DNA of 62,918 nucleotides, counting the filler, from Octopus bimaculoides (taxonomy: Eukaryota): the NCBI RefSeq assembly GCF_001194135.2. It is 5 parts of 5 records of this genome, joined end to end, with 100 filler letters (N's around TTAATTAATTAA, not from the genome) between each part and the next. Parts side by side here need not be neighbours in the genome. Positions count along the whole stretch, not along the records: positions 26,350 to 49,089 come from NC_068988.1; positions 49,190 to 62,918 come from NC_068987.1; 3 more parts are not named here. The stretch is one strand, 5' to 3'. Under the pieces are notes generated by a model that saw only the letters and a list, made by a program, of their open reading frames with translations, was not told where the DNA came from and searched no databases. Below, one piece after another: positions 36,311 through 49,783 of this stretch; the first letter of the stretch is position 1; every line of letters starts with the position of its first letter. Made by a program: the position numbers and the translations under genes.

Positions 36311-37982
36311 ATATATCCCAAAAGAATAAAGTGAGGCGTTTAAATGAGGGAACAGAACCCAAGGGCCAGCAAAGGAACCCAACAGATCCAGTGTTAGCCC
36401 GACTACCAAAGAGCAAGTACCAACATTAAACTTTAAAAAAAAAAATGACTTAGCTTTTTGATTTGGTGACTAATAACGAGTAATGCATAAATCTTAACGT
36501 ATTTATTGAAACTGCTTAAAAACCACCAGGGAAATAAGGTAAAAATAAAATTTAATGTATTGAAAAGCTTACCAGGAACAGATATTTTTTTTTTATAAAA
36601 TTTATAGTTTATCTTATTCTTACCTTTTTATTATTTCACCATAATACTTATATTTTTTCTATTTATTAATGGTTGTCTTATTTGATTCTGCTTCTTAATG
36701 GCCGTTTCATTTGTGTCGAATTTGATTCTCTCTTCCAATAGTTGCCTTCTGCGATTCTGTCTTCTAATGGTCGTTATTTTCATTTGATGTCTTTATCTCC
36801 TTGTTATCGTTACCAAGGATATTTAACACACGTGCCGAGCGAGTCTTCAATAATTTTTACAGGAGCCATATTTATTGGAAATGCATGTTGGGACAAAAGG
36901 TTTTACCGATAATTCCTTTTTGGTTTGTTTTGTGTGTTTGTTTTCAATAAAATCCTTCTTAACAAACAACACGCCAGGCTAAATATATTAGTTTTCACTT
37001 GTACGCCATGTTGTTTGATAGTCGTTGCATAAATTTAATCATGTTCTCCGTTTTCTTTTCCAATACTCAGCTAATGTTCATGTAGTCTTGGTGGTTTATC
37101 TTAAGAACGAAGAAATATTATAGTCACTCGTGCAAAGATACAAAAGTAAGGTTTATCCCGGCTTCGGTGTCTGGGGAAAAGCAAAAATAAATTTATGAAC
37201 ATTCTATCGAACAAAAACGAAAAGAAAAAAAAATATTGATTGATGGCTTACAAATTTTTCGTTTGTTAATACGCATTATATTGAAGAAAATAGATGGCAG
37301 AGTCAATCGATTGGTGGCTACAATTACTGAATGATATTTCGTTGCATTCTTTTGAGATTCTGAGTTCAAATCCTAGTGAGGATAACTGCTTGTCAATTTT
37401 ATCAACTACACCTTTCTCTCTGTATTTGCGGTGTCTTATGTCTGTGTAATAAATGAATATTGAGCATTTTGAAGGTGATAGAAAAAAGTCAGTAGAGTAA
37501 CTGTCAAAATATAGCTGCACTATACAATGGTGTTCGTTTAAGTTTCCGAGTTCGTGTCTCGCAGAAGTCAACTTTGCTTAAAAATATATTTGACGGGCAA
37601 GTACTCCCAGTCGGATTGCGAGTGTGTGTGTAGGAGTGTATATTTTGACTTCTGGACTAACGCAAAGTGCACTAGTACAGGCAATGTCATTTAGATGGAG
37701 AAAGCTTAGGCAGTTTATGTCTATAAACAAATCACCTCTACAGATCGTTCGGTAAGAAATTGCAGAACTATAATCTACGAAGGGAAAGTCCTCAACATTC
37801 GACATTTTATTAATATTCTCAAGGCAGCGAGCTGGCAGATTCGTTAACACGCCAAGCAAAATGCGTAGCGGTATTTTATCGTTTCGCGTTCGGTAAAATA
37901 AGTACCAGTCGAGTACTGGGGTCGATGCAATCGATTAGCACCCTCACCCACAATTTCAGATCTTGTGCCTATAGTAGAAAGA

Positions 37983-38030
<48 letters not shown>

Positions 38031-38044
38031 GTTTAGTTTGAGGC

Positions 38045-38340
38045 AAATTATTATTGTTTAGTTTGAGGTACTTCAACCGGAAGTTGGGGACCTTGTCTAT
38101 CCCTGGAGTTTCTCAGTTGCTGGTACTCCTCAGTGTGTCCGTGATCTCTTGGTCTGCGATGGAGGGCCATATTTGTGGTCTTATTTTGTTCTTCCTTTCT
38201 TTTTCCCTACTAATCCACTGAACATTTTTTTGTTGCGTTTTTAAAAATTTTTTTGGTTTGCTCCATATTCCTTCCCAGTATGACTGAAACCTTGATGTTG
38301 TTGGCATGGCGTATATTGATATAGTTTAAAAAAAAAAATT
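38045..38340 (-). mobile_element. R4/NeSL-like non-LTR retrotransposon fragment (region just upstream of RT)
   Basis: Minus frame FQSYWEGIWSKPKKF...VQWISREKE...QIWPSIADQEITDTLRSTSN*ETPGIDKVPNFRLKYL (cf. FWxxIW...WI...W..IT..EV..AL....NWKSPGIDKVPNFWLK). Confidence 0.7.
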
Positions 38341-38768
38341 TTTTTTAAGAAGCGTGAGNNNNNNNNNNNNNNNNNNNNNNNNNNNNNNNNNNNNNNNNNN
38401 NNNNNNNNNNNNNNNNNNNNNNNNNNNNNNNNNNNNNNNNNNNNNNNNNNNNNNNNNNNNNNNNNNNNNNNNNNNNNNNNNNNNNNNNNNNNNNNNNNNN
38501 NNNNNNNNNNNNNNNNNNNNNNNNNNNNNNNNNNNNNNNNNNNNNNNNNNNNNNNNNNNNNNNNNNNNNNNNNNNNNNNNNNNNNNNNNNNNNNNNNNNN
38601 NNNNNNNNNNNNNNNNNNNNNNNNNNNNNNNNNNNNNNNNNNNNNNNNNNNNNNNNNNNNNNNNNNNNNNNNNNNNNNNNNNNNNNNNNNNNNNNNNNNN
38701 NNNNNNNNNNNNNNNNNNNNNNNNNNNNNNNNNNNNNNNNNNNNNNNNNNNNNNNNNNNNNNNNNNNN

Positions 38769-38809
<41 letters not shown>

Positions 38810-38819
38810 GTGTGTGTAT

Positions 38820-39200
38820 ATGTTTGTGTGTCTGTGCTTGTCCCCCAACATCACTTAACAAACGATGCTAGTGTGTTTACGTCCCCGAAACTTAGCGGTT
38901 CGACAAAACTATCCGATAGAATAAGTACTAGGCTTACAAAGAATAAGTTCTGGGGTCGTTTTGCTCAACTAAAGGCGGTACACCAGCATGGCCGCAGCCA
39001 AATGACTGAAACAAGTAAAAGAGTATTATTAAGGCGGTGAGCTGGCAAAATCGTTAGCACGTTTTGAGTTCAAATTCCGCTGAGGTCGACTTTGCTTATT
39101 ATCCTTTCCGGGTTAATAAACTGAGTGGCAGTTGTGCAATGGAGTCAATGCAATCGACTGCCCATCCCACCAAATTTCAGGCCTTGTGCCTTTAGAATGG
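38820..39200 (+). mobile_element. SINE family B 3' half followed immediately by a SINE family A copy and (ATT)n
   Basis: gtgtctgtgcttgtccccc...gaaacaagtaaaagag, then aaggcggtgagctggcaaaatcgttagcac...gaggtcgactttgc. Confidence 0.8.
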
Positions 39201-39261
<61 letters not shown>

Positions 39262-39563
39262 TGTGTAGAATAAAATATTTATCTTTGATACATAATCTCC
39301 GATGATAATACGAAAATTACGCAGTTCGTAAGTTCAGGCCCAATTATTTCTCCTTTCACACACAGCCCTCACATGCGTGCGTGCGTGTGTATGTATGTAT
39401 GTATGTATGTATGTATGTATGTATGTATGTGTGTGTGTATGTGTGTGTGTGTTTCTGTATATATGTATGTATCTATCTGTGTGTCTATCCATCTCAACCA
39501 TCTATGTATGCATATATGTATGTATGTATCTATCTATTTATATGATTATATATGGTATATATG

Positions 39564-39608
<45 letters not shown>

Positions 39609-40616
39609 NNNNNNNNNNNNNNNNNNNNNNNNNNNNNNNNNNNNNNNNNNNNNNNNNNNNNNNNNNNNNNNNNNNNNNNNNNNNNNNNNNNNNNNNNNNN
39701 NNNNNNNNNNNNNNNNNNNNNNNNNNNNNNNNNNNNNNNNNNNNNNNNNNNNNNNNNNNNNNNNNNNNNNNNNNNNNNNNNNNNNNNNNNNNNNNNNNNN
39801 NNNNNNNNNNNNNNNNNNNNNNNNNNNNNNNNNNNNNNNNNNNNNNNNNNNNNNNNNNNNNNNNNNNNNNNNNNNNNNNNNNNNNNNNNNNNNNNNNNNN
39901 NNNNNNNNNNNNNNNNNNNNNNNNNNNNNNNNNNNNNNNNNNNNNNNNNNNNNNNNNNNNNNNNNNNNNNNNNNNNNNNNNNNNNNNNNNNNNNNNNNNN
40001 NNNNNNNNNNNNNNNNNNNNNNNNNNNNNNNNNNNNNNNNNNNNNNNNNNNNNNNNNNNNNNNNNNNNNNNNNNNNNNNNNNNNNNNNNNNNNNNNNNNN
40101 NNNNNNNNNNNNNNNNNNNNNNNNNNNNNNACACACACACAAAGGCACGAAACAAGACAAAAAAAAAAACAAATTTAATACGCATATAACATTTGTATAA
40201 CATTTGCTTTATACATACATGTATATTTAATATCTTCCAAATATCATGTAGAAAAAAATTGCTATGAAGAGATAATGAATTATAAATTTATCCAAAGGAT
40301 AAATGGATGCTATTAAATAATTCGAAAAGATCACAAATGGAATAAATTACTTGCTGGTATTACATAGAAAAGCTTACTGAGTTTCTCCATAGAATATTCT
40401 GGATTTTTATGGTGTTCTATGGTATTATGATAACCCGGGAATTATATTAATATCTTTAAAGCATGGCCGCGTGTTTGCGAAGGTCTTTTCTCTCGGTTAC
40501 GCGGTTCTGTGTTCGAGTCTAAAACGCGGTACTTTGGGTGTATATTGCTACCAAAACCTCAAGTCAATTATTCGGTCTGAAACTATGCGGAAGCCCGTCA
40601 TATGTGCGCGTATGTT

Positions 40617-40656
<40 letters not shown>

Positions 40657-41440
40657 CGTGCGTGTTGTTTTTTTTACTTCTCTCATTCTTTAGACAGCTT
40701 CGATACCGTAGCACCGGTTTGAATGGTTTTAGTCGAACAAATCGACCGTAGGACATTTTCTGGCGATCTTCTTTGCTTAAACATTAAGTTACCGAAACGT
40801 AAACAAACCAATTCCGGTTGTCAAGCTGTAACGGGACAAACATAGACGCAAAGACATACACACATATACGATTGGCTTCCACAGGGTATAAAAACGACGT
40901 GTCTGCTCAGTATTTTCCCCTAGCGGACTCCCAGACACGTCTCTGGTCCTTTAGCCTTCCTCTGTAGAAGATACAAAAAAGAGATAACCTTGGGCGGATT
41001 ATAAAACCGTAGCTTTATCTTAAAACTATCAATATCGGTGACTGATTTGCCCTATTGCGTTTTTACACCTTGTACCATAAGCATTAATTTTTCTCCTCGG
41101 TATCCGTAGTGAATTTGACTTTAGAAGTTGGAATATATCTCGTCACTCCATCCTCATTACTGATTAGCGCTGATACCATTGAACTTGCTTTGACTGGGCA
41201 GAATAAATAGGAATACGATCGGTTCATCGAAAACACGTTGGTCATCGTAATCATACTGACTGAAAAGGCGAATTGGTCGTAAGAGATATTCTTTGAAAAG
41301 CAAGTTTGTCGAAAGACGTATCAGTAGAAGAGAAAAAAACAAATTCGAAAGTAAATGCTTGACAAGCTTATTGTAATATTAAAAGGAGGATAAATTTTAT
41401 TTCATTAAATGAAACATATTTTCGTTTTAGTTCTGATTAT

Positions 41441-41506
<66 letters not shown>

Positions 41507-42309
41507 NNNNNNNNNNNNNNNNNNNNNNNNNNNNNNNNNNNNNNNNNNNNNNNNNNNNNNNNNNNNNNNNNNNNNNNNNNNNNNNNNNNNNNNNNNNNNN
41601 NNNNNNNNNNNNNNNNNNNNNNNNNNNNNNNNNNNNNNNNNNNNNNNNNNNNNNNNNNNNNNNNNNNNNNNNNNNNNNNNNNNNNNNNNNNNNNNNNNNN
41701 NNNNNNNNNNNNNNNNNNNNNNNNNNNNNNNNNNNNNNNNNNNNNNNNNNNNNNNNNNNNNNNNNNNNNNNNNNNAAAAAAAAAACACCCAGTAAAATTT
41801 CGGACTAAGAACACTTTCTAAACCTTTTTATTTTTCTTCTTTTAAGAATATATTTTTGTCTGATGTCCAAATTCCAAACATATGCAAGTCCAATTATGTA
41901 AAAATTTGTACACAAATTCAAATCTGTTAAATTTGAATCGCGTGGTATGTTATGAACACATATTGTCTAAACGGGAATGTTCTTCGATGACGAAATACAA
42001 CAGCCATCAGCATATTCACGTCTGAATCTGTTATAACGGAATACCAATCACAAGATATTATATTGAAATAAAAAGCAAATGAAAAGAAAAGGCAAAGGTA
42101 AAAATAAAAATGAAACGCTTTCATCATTATTGAAAAGTGTCATAAATCCTAGATTCTGAATTTAATCCAAACTGACAGAGATGAACGGAAAGAAACAACA
42201 TAACTCAATAACCTGCGATATTCGTTTCGAGGTGGGGACCAGTTTTCTGCCTTTCTGCAATCTACTCACGTCACTATTTGCAACACTAGTGATTAGTTAA
42301 TCTATATTT

Positions 42310-42862
42310 GTAGAGGCTAGATTGGTCTAGGCATGCAGTTACTAATGGATAATGGATATTTACTGCTGATGACGCTCAAGGAAGCAGAAATCTAGATTTT
42401 GCCATTGCATCGCCGCTGCTAGATGCTTTTCGTCTGCTACTGATATACTTAGATGTTTTAGAGTGACATTCGTCCATACCACACATTGTCTCTAAACAAA
42501 TACCGCAGTTTTCTTGCTTTGGACAGTATCTCCACGTTAAGTAAGATAATTTTTACCCAGCCTCCTGGCTATTTGCAATACCGATGATTTTTTTGTTAAT
42601 CACTGTTTTTCTATATCAGTAGGAGCTAAAGTTGTCTAAGTATGTGGTTGATAGTGGATACTTGCTGCAGATGACGCTAAAAGAAGCAGAAATCGAGGTT
42701 TTGCAATTGCACAGACGCTGTTAGACGCTTTTCGTTAGTAATTGATATATCTTGATACAGCCTTTTGTATTCTATCACTACACGTCTACATGAGGTGCTT
42801 TCTCGAAAGAAATACTACTGTTTTCTGGGCTTTCTACAATACATCCACGTTAAGTAAGATAT
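42310..42862 (+). mobile_element. Two diverged tandem copies (about 210 bp, 302-314 bp apart) of a probable RTE-type LINE APE-endonuclease fragment
   Basis: Copies share gatgacgct.aa..aagcagaaatc...gcttttcgt...ccacgttaagtaagat. Translations DNGYLLL / ADDAQGSRNLDFAIASPLLDAFR and DSGYLLQ / ADDAKRSRNRGFAIAQTLLDAFR resemble the APE segment GYxLxxS...GVGFAI...LL; stops in all frames. Confidence 0.4.
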
Positions 42863-43168
42863 ACAGCACACATTTTTGAAATAATACTACTTCTATCGCT
42901 AATAACGAATATGTACGAATGTGGGTGTGTAAAATTCAAATGTCATTTAATTCCGCCAGGCGTTTATAATTGCTTTGCACGCAACAGCGTTACACAAAGA
43001 TAAACTTAGAGACCAGTGAAGCTTTTAATTAAGAGTGTAATACCCGAAGCTTCTAAAATTATTAACAATAGGGTGGTGTCGGGATAAGAGGGGAGACTGA
43101 CCAAGAGACAAATGAACTCTTCCTTTGCTGGGAAATATAGGTGTATATAGCAGAAATATAGGTGCAAA

Positions 43169-43400
43169 GGCGGCGAGCTGGCAGAAACATTAGCAAGCCG
43201 GGCGAAATGCTTAGCGGTGTTTCGTCTGCCGTTACGTTCTCAGTTCAAATTCCGCCGAGATCGACTTTGCCTTTCATCCTTTCAGGGTCGATAAATTAAT
43301 TACCAGTTACACACTGGGGTCGATGTAATCGACTTAATCCCTTTGTCTGTCCTTGTTTGTCCCCTCTATGTTTAGCCCCTTGTGGGCAATAAAGAAATAA
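43169..43400 (+). mobile_element. SINE family A, full length with a 16-bp target-site duplication
   Basis: Flanked by gaaatataggtgcaaa (43153-43168) and gaaatacaggtgtaaa (43401-43416). Internal gaggtcgactttgcctttcatcctttc.gggtcgataaat-type Deu/Nin-like domain. Confidence 0.9.
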
Positions 43401-43755
43401 GAAATACAGGTGTAAATTCATAATCAGCGTCGATGCACTCACTATTAACCTGTACTTTAATCATTAAGTTCACTGATTGGTAGGTTTCGAAAAACAACGA
43501 TAACAAAAACAGCCACAGCAACAACAACAACGACGACCACAACGATTAGAAACTGGTTCAGTAGAATATAAAACGTGACAATGGAAAATATTCTAGCGAA
43601 TGTTCCAATTTAGCCTTAATGGATTCTCTATATTTGATGTTTCATCGGATATTGATCGAACGTTCGTGATCATCTTTGGATATTTGATTGAAACGAAAAA
43701 TGAAAACAAAGATATATATGATAATAATAATAATAATAATAATCATTATTATTAT

Positions 43756-43798
<43 letters not shown>

Positions 43799-44419
43799 TT
43801 GTGTGCGTGCATATGATATATTTACGTATATAATATGTATATATGTATGTGTGTGTGTGTGTGTGTATGTATATATATATATATATATATATATNNNNNN
43901 NNNNNNNNNNNNNNNNNNNNNNNNNNNNNNNNNNNNNNNNNNNNNNNNNNNNNNNNNNNNNNNNNNNNNNNNNNNNNNNNNNNNNNNNNNNNNNNNNNNN
44001 NNNNNNNNNNNNNNNNNNNNNNNNNNNNNNNNNNNNNNNNNNNNNNNNNNNNNNNNNNNNNNNNNNNNNNNNNNNNNNNNNNNNNNNNNNNNNNNNNNNN
44101 NNNNNNNNNNNNNNNNNNNNNNNNNNNNNNNNNNNNNNNNNNNNNNNNNNNNNNNNNNNNNNNNNNNNNNNNNNNNNNNNNNNNNNNNNNNNNNNNNNNN
44201 NNNNNNNNNNNNNNNNNNNNNNNNNNNNNNNNNNNNNNNNNNNNNNNNNNNNNNNNNNNNNNNNNNNNNNNNNNNNNNNNNNNNNNNNNNNNNNNNNNNN
44301 NNNNNNNNNNNNNNNNNNNNNNNNNNNNNNNNNNNNNNNNNNNNNNNNNNNNNNNNNNNNNNNNNNNNNNNNNNNNNNNNNNNNNNNNNNNNNNNNNNNN
44401 NNNNNNNNNNNNNNNNNNN

Positions 44420-44462
<43 letters not shown>

Positions 44463-44779
44463 AGAAAGAAATTCCATATTTGTAGCGAAAATTTCAAAGT
44501 TACTGCGAGGGGTTTTCTTTTCTTTTGTTTTCTGTTTTTTTTTGTTTTCTTTTTTTTTTTACCATTTTTTTTTGTCTTTCACCAAAATGAATTCTGAAGA
44601 CAATTACAAAACTTCCCAAATATCATTTAGCTTTATTTTCAAGCTTTATTAACATGCAACGATGAAAAAAAAAATTAATAAAATGAAATTACATTTATAA
44701 ATTGTAACAAGATGACTACCGCAGTGGTATTGTACTGATGAGCTCTGCACCTGAGCACTGTATTAAAATAAGGTTATCG

Positions 44780-44884
44780 TCATTAGCATCATCATCATCA
44801 TCATCATCATCATTGCCGTCATCGTGATCATCATCATCGTCATCAACGTCATCATCATCATCATCATCATTCTCATCATCATTC

Positions 44885-44935
<51 letters not shown>

Positions 44936-45141
44936 CCACTACCATCACATCATCGTCGTCGTCATCATTATCATCATCATTATCACCACCATCACATCAT
45001 CGTCATCGTCACCGTCGTCGTCATCATCATCATCATCATCAACACCACCACCATCATCGTTGACGTCGTCATCATCATCATCGTTGTCGTCATCATCATC
45101 GTCGTCGTCAGCGACAACACCACTACCCCAGCCATCATTAT
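44780..45141. repeat. Degenerate (CAT)n/(CGT)n trinucleotide array
   Basis: Directly visible; source of the poly-M/H/I/D ORFs. Confidence 0.95.
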
Positions 45142-45516
45142 NNNNNNNNNNNNNNNNNNNNNNNNNNNNNNNNNNNNNNNNNNNNNNNNNNNNNNNNNNN
45201 NNNNNNNNNNNNNNNNNNNNNNNNNNNNNNNNNNNNNNNNNNNNNNNNNNNNNNNNNNNNNNNNNNNNNNNNNNNNNNNNNNNNNNNNNNNNNNNNNNNN
45301 NNNNNNNNNNNNNNNNNNNNNNNNNNNNNNNNNNNNNNNNNNNNNNNNNNNNNNNNNNNNNNNNNNNNNNNNNNNNNNNNNNNNNNNNNNNNNNNNNNNN
45401 NNNNNNNNNNNNNNNNNNNNNNNNNNNNNNNNNNNNAAGTACCAGTGAAACACTGGGGTCGATATAATCGACTTGCCCCCTCCCCCCAAATTTCACGCCT
45501 TGTGCCTATTATAGAA

Positions 45517-45571
<55 letters not shown>

Positions 45572-45582
<11 letters not shown>

Positions 45583-45715
45583 TTGTCTACAGAGTGCAGC
45601 TATGAGGTTCCCTGGGTACGATCTGTCGTTTGTTTTGGTGTTATCTTTATTGTATTAAAAATGTTGTACGCAGGTATTGTCCATTGCTTAGCTGTGCTAT
45701 TTTCTATTTTATAGT
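45572..45715 (-). mobile_element. Diverged 3' end of the R4/Dong-like element, ending in ctgaataataa at an (ATT)n array
   Basis: Reverse complement ...cctgcgtacaacatttttaatacaataaagataacaccaaaacaaacgacagatcgtacccagggaacctcatagctgcactctgtagacaactgaataataa parallels 18590-18720. Confidence 0.6.
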
Positions 45716-47154
45716 CCATTATTCATGCTGGTATGGGATGAAAACACCAGATAATGCTATTCTAGAAAGCTCTTAATCGTCCCCCGAGAAACAATATCAC
45801 AGACGGAATTATTCAGATCATGGGTCTATGACTCAATAAGTGCTGACCTAAGGACTAAGCTACTATTACAACTACAACAGAGATGTTATTTTAAAGCTTA
45901 TCATGAAATATTCAATTAGTTTCATAACATTTTCGTCACGCGCATACATACTCCCCCCCACACACATATTGATAGGTGCAGGAAATGGAGAAGGTAAATC
46001 TATACGACATATGTTTCTAAGCTAATCTGAACATGTTTTACGTAACTCACGGGCGTAACATATATGTCCAGCTTAGCTTTTCTTCAGGTACGTTTAGCTG
46101 TGGGTCGAAAGTTATTGCTGCAAGAAGTGGGGAATTTACCAACGTTGGCCACAGTAGAATAACGGGTGAAAACGATCTTAGGTTAAGTGACCAATGAAAT
46201 TAATTATCAGCAAGCAAGATATATGAGTGAGAAAATAATGTGTTGAACATGTGCGCCGTCACGGCCTGTTACTGGAAATTACTGGTGGCGTTACGTTATT
46301 TCCAGTCACACTTCATATTGTTTAATTACAAGAAAATGTAGGTTTTTTACATTTTACAACAGTTCATAATTAAATTTTAATATTTAGTACTCATAAGGCA
46401 ACGATCATGCAAGGCGAAATGCTTAGCGACATTTCGTCCATTCTCACATTCTGATTTCAAATTCCGTCGAGGTCGACTTTCAATCCCTTATTCGGGTCGA
46501 TAGAATAAGTACCAGTTGAGCGCTGGGGGTCAATGTAATCGGCTTAGCCCCTCCCCCAAACTGCTGGGCTTGTGCTAAGATTTGAAACCAATATTTAACA
46601 CTCATATTATTTAAATATCCTCAAAACCACGTCAAAGATACAAAATAAAATATTCTCTCAAATTATGAAAATGTACCCCCGGGGTACATATGGCGGTTGT
46701 GTGAATTTGGCGATGAAGCATTGGTGGTACATGTGGCGGCTAACATTTTAAGGTGGCCAGTTTATTAAAATGAAGAAGAAGAATACAGGCAGTAGGGGAG
46801 AGAGGCGGAGAGAACGACGAAGATGAAGGCTACATATAGAAATATGTGTTTATATTCTAGGCAATAAATTTGACAAGGCATTCGGCGCCAGAGACTGGAA
46901 AGGGGAATGAAAAAATGAGAATGAGACAGGTAAAAAAAGAAGTGTGGGGGGGTGGGATACAAAGAAAGAAAGGGTGTTGAGACCAAAAGACGAATGGGTC
47001 CTTAGTGAGAAAATGTAGGATGTAGCGTTGGTATTTATTCAACTGCGCTAATTTACAGAGACGTAAACAAACCAATACCAGTTGTCAAGCGTTGGTGGGG
47101 ATTTATGTATTTGTGTGTGTATGTGCGTGGGTGTTTGTGTGTGCGTTTGTGTAT

Positions 47155-47275
47155 CTTTTTGGTCAGCTGAAAGCAGCTTTGGCACAAGCTTGGCAGACAC
47201 GCGTCTCATACCCAAATATTCAGTGATAATGAACTGAACTGAACTGTAACCAATCTGCAACGCATCCATTTTCAA
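47155..47275 (-). mobile_element. Mariner transposase fragment
   Basis: IGYSSVQFIITEYLGMRRVSAKLVPKLLSADQK, matching the LGMRxVSAKxVPKLL mariner linker motif. Confidence 0.8.
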
Positions 47276-47879
47276 GTAAATTTAAGCGAATCTCTACTCC
47301 ATCCTTCTCTAATTCCTTTCTTCTCCCCCTTCCTCCTTCACCGTTTTCTATCTGTCTCTCTCTCCCCTCTTTCTCTTATTTTCTTTCTTTCTCGCTGCTC
47401 ACACGTTACCATCGTCCATCTTTCTTTTCCTCACGAGACAATCTTTCTTTTCCTGCACGGACGTTTAAAAGGACGGACGTGTTTTTCTCTCTCTCTCTTC
47501 TATCTTTTCTCTTTTCAGAAAAATGTATCTCCCAGCGTTCACTATTTTCCTCTCGTTCTGGTCTAACGACCCTCCATGTTTGTTTTCGTTAGGTTTTCTT
47601 GTATGTCTCCACTGTCATGTTTTTGTTCCAAGCTTTGACCATCCATAAATCCTAAATTCTGTTTTAGAATTTATGGGAGTAACTGTCTTTGAAGACTCAT
47701 ATTGTCGTTGGATGCTCGAAATGAGGTGTAAATAGACAGCGGACAACTGATGAAAGGTCCTTTCTCTGTGTTTGCTTGACTTGTTCTCCATTTTTTCTCG
47801 TCGTTTGCGTATTTCACTAGTTTTTCCCTTGTTTGTTTACGTATTTCATGTTATTTGACGTCCTGTACCCATATATGCA

Positions 47880-47918
<39 letters not shown>

Positions 47919-47943
47919 GTGTAATTTATATATGTCTGTGCGT

Positions 47944-48265
47944 GAAGGCGCGTAGCTTAGTGGTTAGGGCATTCGGCCCACGATCGTAAGGTCGAGAGTT
48001 CGATTCTCGACGACGCGTTGTGTCCTTGAGCAAGAAACTTTATTTCACGCTGCTCCAGTCCACACAGCTGGCAAAAATGAGTAATACCTGTATTTCAAAG
48101 GGCCGGCCTTGTCACGCTTTGTGTCACGCTGAGTCTCCCTGAGATCTACGTTCAGGGGTACACGTGTCTGTGGATTGCTCAGCCACTTGCACGTTAATTT
48201 CTTAAGCAGGCTGTTCCGCTGATCGTATCAGCCGGGACCCTCGTCGTCGTAACCGACGGAGTGCT
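47944..48265 (+). mobile_element. SINE family D, full length
   Basis: gaaggcgcgtagcttagtggttagggcattcggcccacgatcgtaaggtcgagagttcgattctcg...gtaaccgacggagtgc. Confidence 0.88.
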
Positions 48266-49219
48266 TCTTCCTATATGTCTGTATACACACACGCACACTC
48301 ACATACACACACGTGCACATTCACACACACACACACACACACATACACACACACACACACACACACATCACACATATACAGGGACACATGCACCGAATTA
48401 CCTTATGGTAAATTCCTAAGACATGTAGCAAGTCCTTAAAATAGAATGCCCCTAATTACGCAATTACCTAATTATCTCATCAACATTTACTACTCACTGC
48501 TAAATACCATTAATTGACATTACTTCGTACTCATTGTCTCTGTACTCCATCCTATTCAAGAGATTAACAGCTTATTGGTATTGGCACACATCGCAAACTT
48601 TAACACAAACCGTTTGTCATATCTCGCGGTGATGAATGAAGTTGACAGCCAAGGCTATGAGCTTTTGGCTCGAATGTTTTTTTACAAGTAGTTGTGTGTC
48701 AGACAGTATGGTTTCTCAGATCTGTTTAACTCGGATGATATGTAGACTTCATGATATGAACGTGTGCTTGTATGGATGCTTATGTATGTTGGTGTTTGTG
48801 TGTGTGTGAGTGTTGTGAGAGAGCAAGAGAGAGCGAGAGAAAGAAAGTGTGTGTGTGTGAGTGCATTTGTGTGTATTTGAGTGCATGTGTATATGTTTGT
48901 ATGTGTAAATACAGGTACATATGCATGTATATATATAGAGAGAGAGAGAGTCAAGACTATTGAAAAGGTTGCAAGACGCAACGAAAATTTTAGGAAAATA
49001 AAAATAATAAGTGGAAATTTTACCGGTGAGTGTGTTAAATTTTAAGGCACGAAAAGAAAATGACTCTCCCCAGACACAACAGAATATATNNNNNNNNNNN
49101 NNNNNNNNNNNNNNNNNNNNNNNNNNNNNNNNNTTAATTAATTAANNNNNNNNNNNNNNNNNNNNNNNNNNNNNNNNNNNNNNNNNNNNATATATAAGTG
49201 TGTGTGTGTGTGTGTTAAA

Positions 49220-49537
49220 TAAAATGAGACAACAAAGCTTAGGATGTGTGAAATTTAGAGGACATTTATAAAAAGGATGGTAGTCTTAGAAATGTTTCTG
49301 GGATATTAGGGATATCCCTTTATCCGAGACAATATAAAAGAAAGTTAGCTAGAGGGAAGTAGTAGTGTTCAGTATTAGGAGTTTGGGGAAAAGGATGGAC
49401 TCTAGTATATCCCTCTAGTTAACTTTTTATATCATCTCTAATGAAAGGATATCCCTAATATCCCAGAAAGAGCTGTAAGACTACCTTTCTCTTTATAAAA
49501 TATATTATTCCACACAGTCTTGTCTTGTCGCATTTTA
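49220..49537. mobile_element. Foldback MITE with long (about 140 bp) imperfect inverted arms
   Basis: taaaatgagacaa...ggtagtctta...tttctgggatattagggatatcc...aaagttagctagaggga pairs with tccctctagttaacttt...ggatatccctaatatcccagaaa...taagactacc...ttgtcgcatttta. The ends are compatible with a TA TSD. Confidence 0.75.
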
Positions 49538-49741
49538 GACTCCTCACTCGTATCATTGTAGAACCGACAGTCTAACTACGGTCCTTCCGTAGCCCTTATA
49601 TAGCCTTACATACCATCGTGGGTTTTCTGGATGGCAATATCTCTCATATATATACATGAACATAATAAGAATATACATGTCTGAGTGCGTGCGTGTGTTC
49701 AAAATGTGTGTGTATGTATACACACACATTTTAAACACATG

Positions 49742-49783
<42 letters not shown>

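Noticed and set aside
41070-41340. Two overlapping 60-78 aa open frames on the minus strand
   Set aside because: No recognisable domain or reliable splice context; within chance expectation.
44738-44765. CTGATGA-GCTC-tgcacct-GAGC hammerhead-like start
   Set aside because: No GAAA, stem III or stem I follows.
46051-46176. 126-nt minus-strand open segment with an ag...gtgagt boundary
   Set aside because: Weak polypyrimidine tract, unrecognised peptide, no phase-compatible partner exon found.
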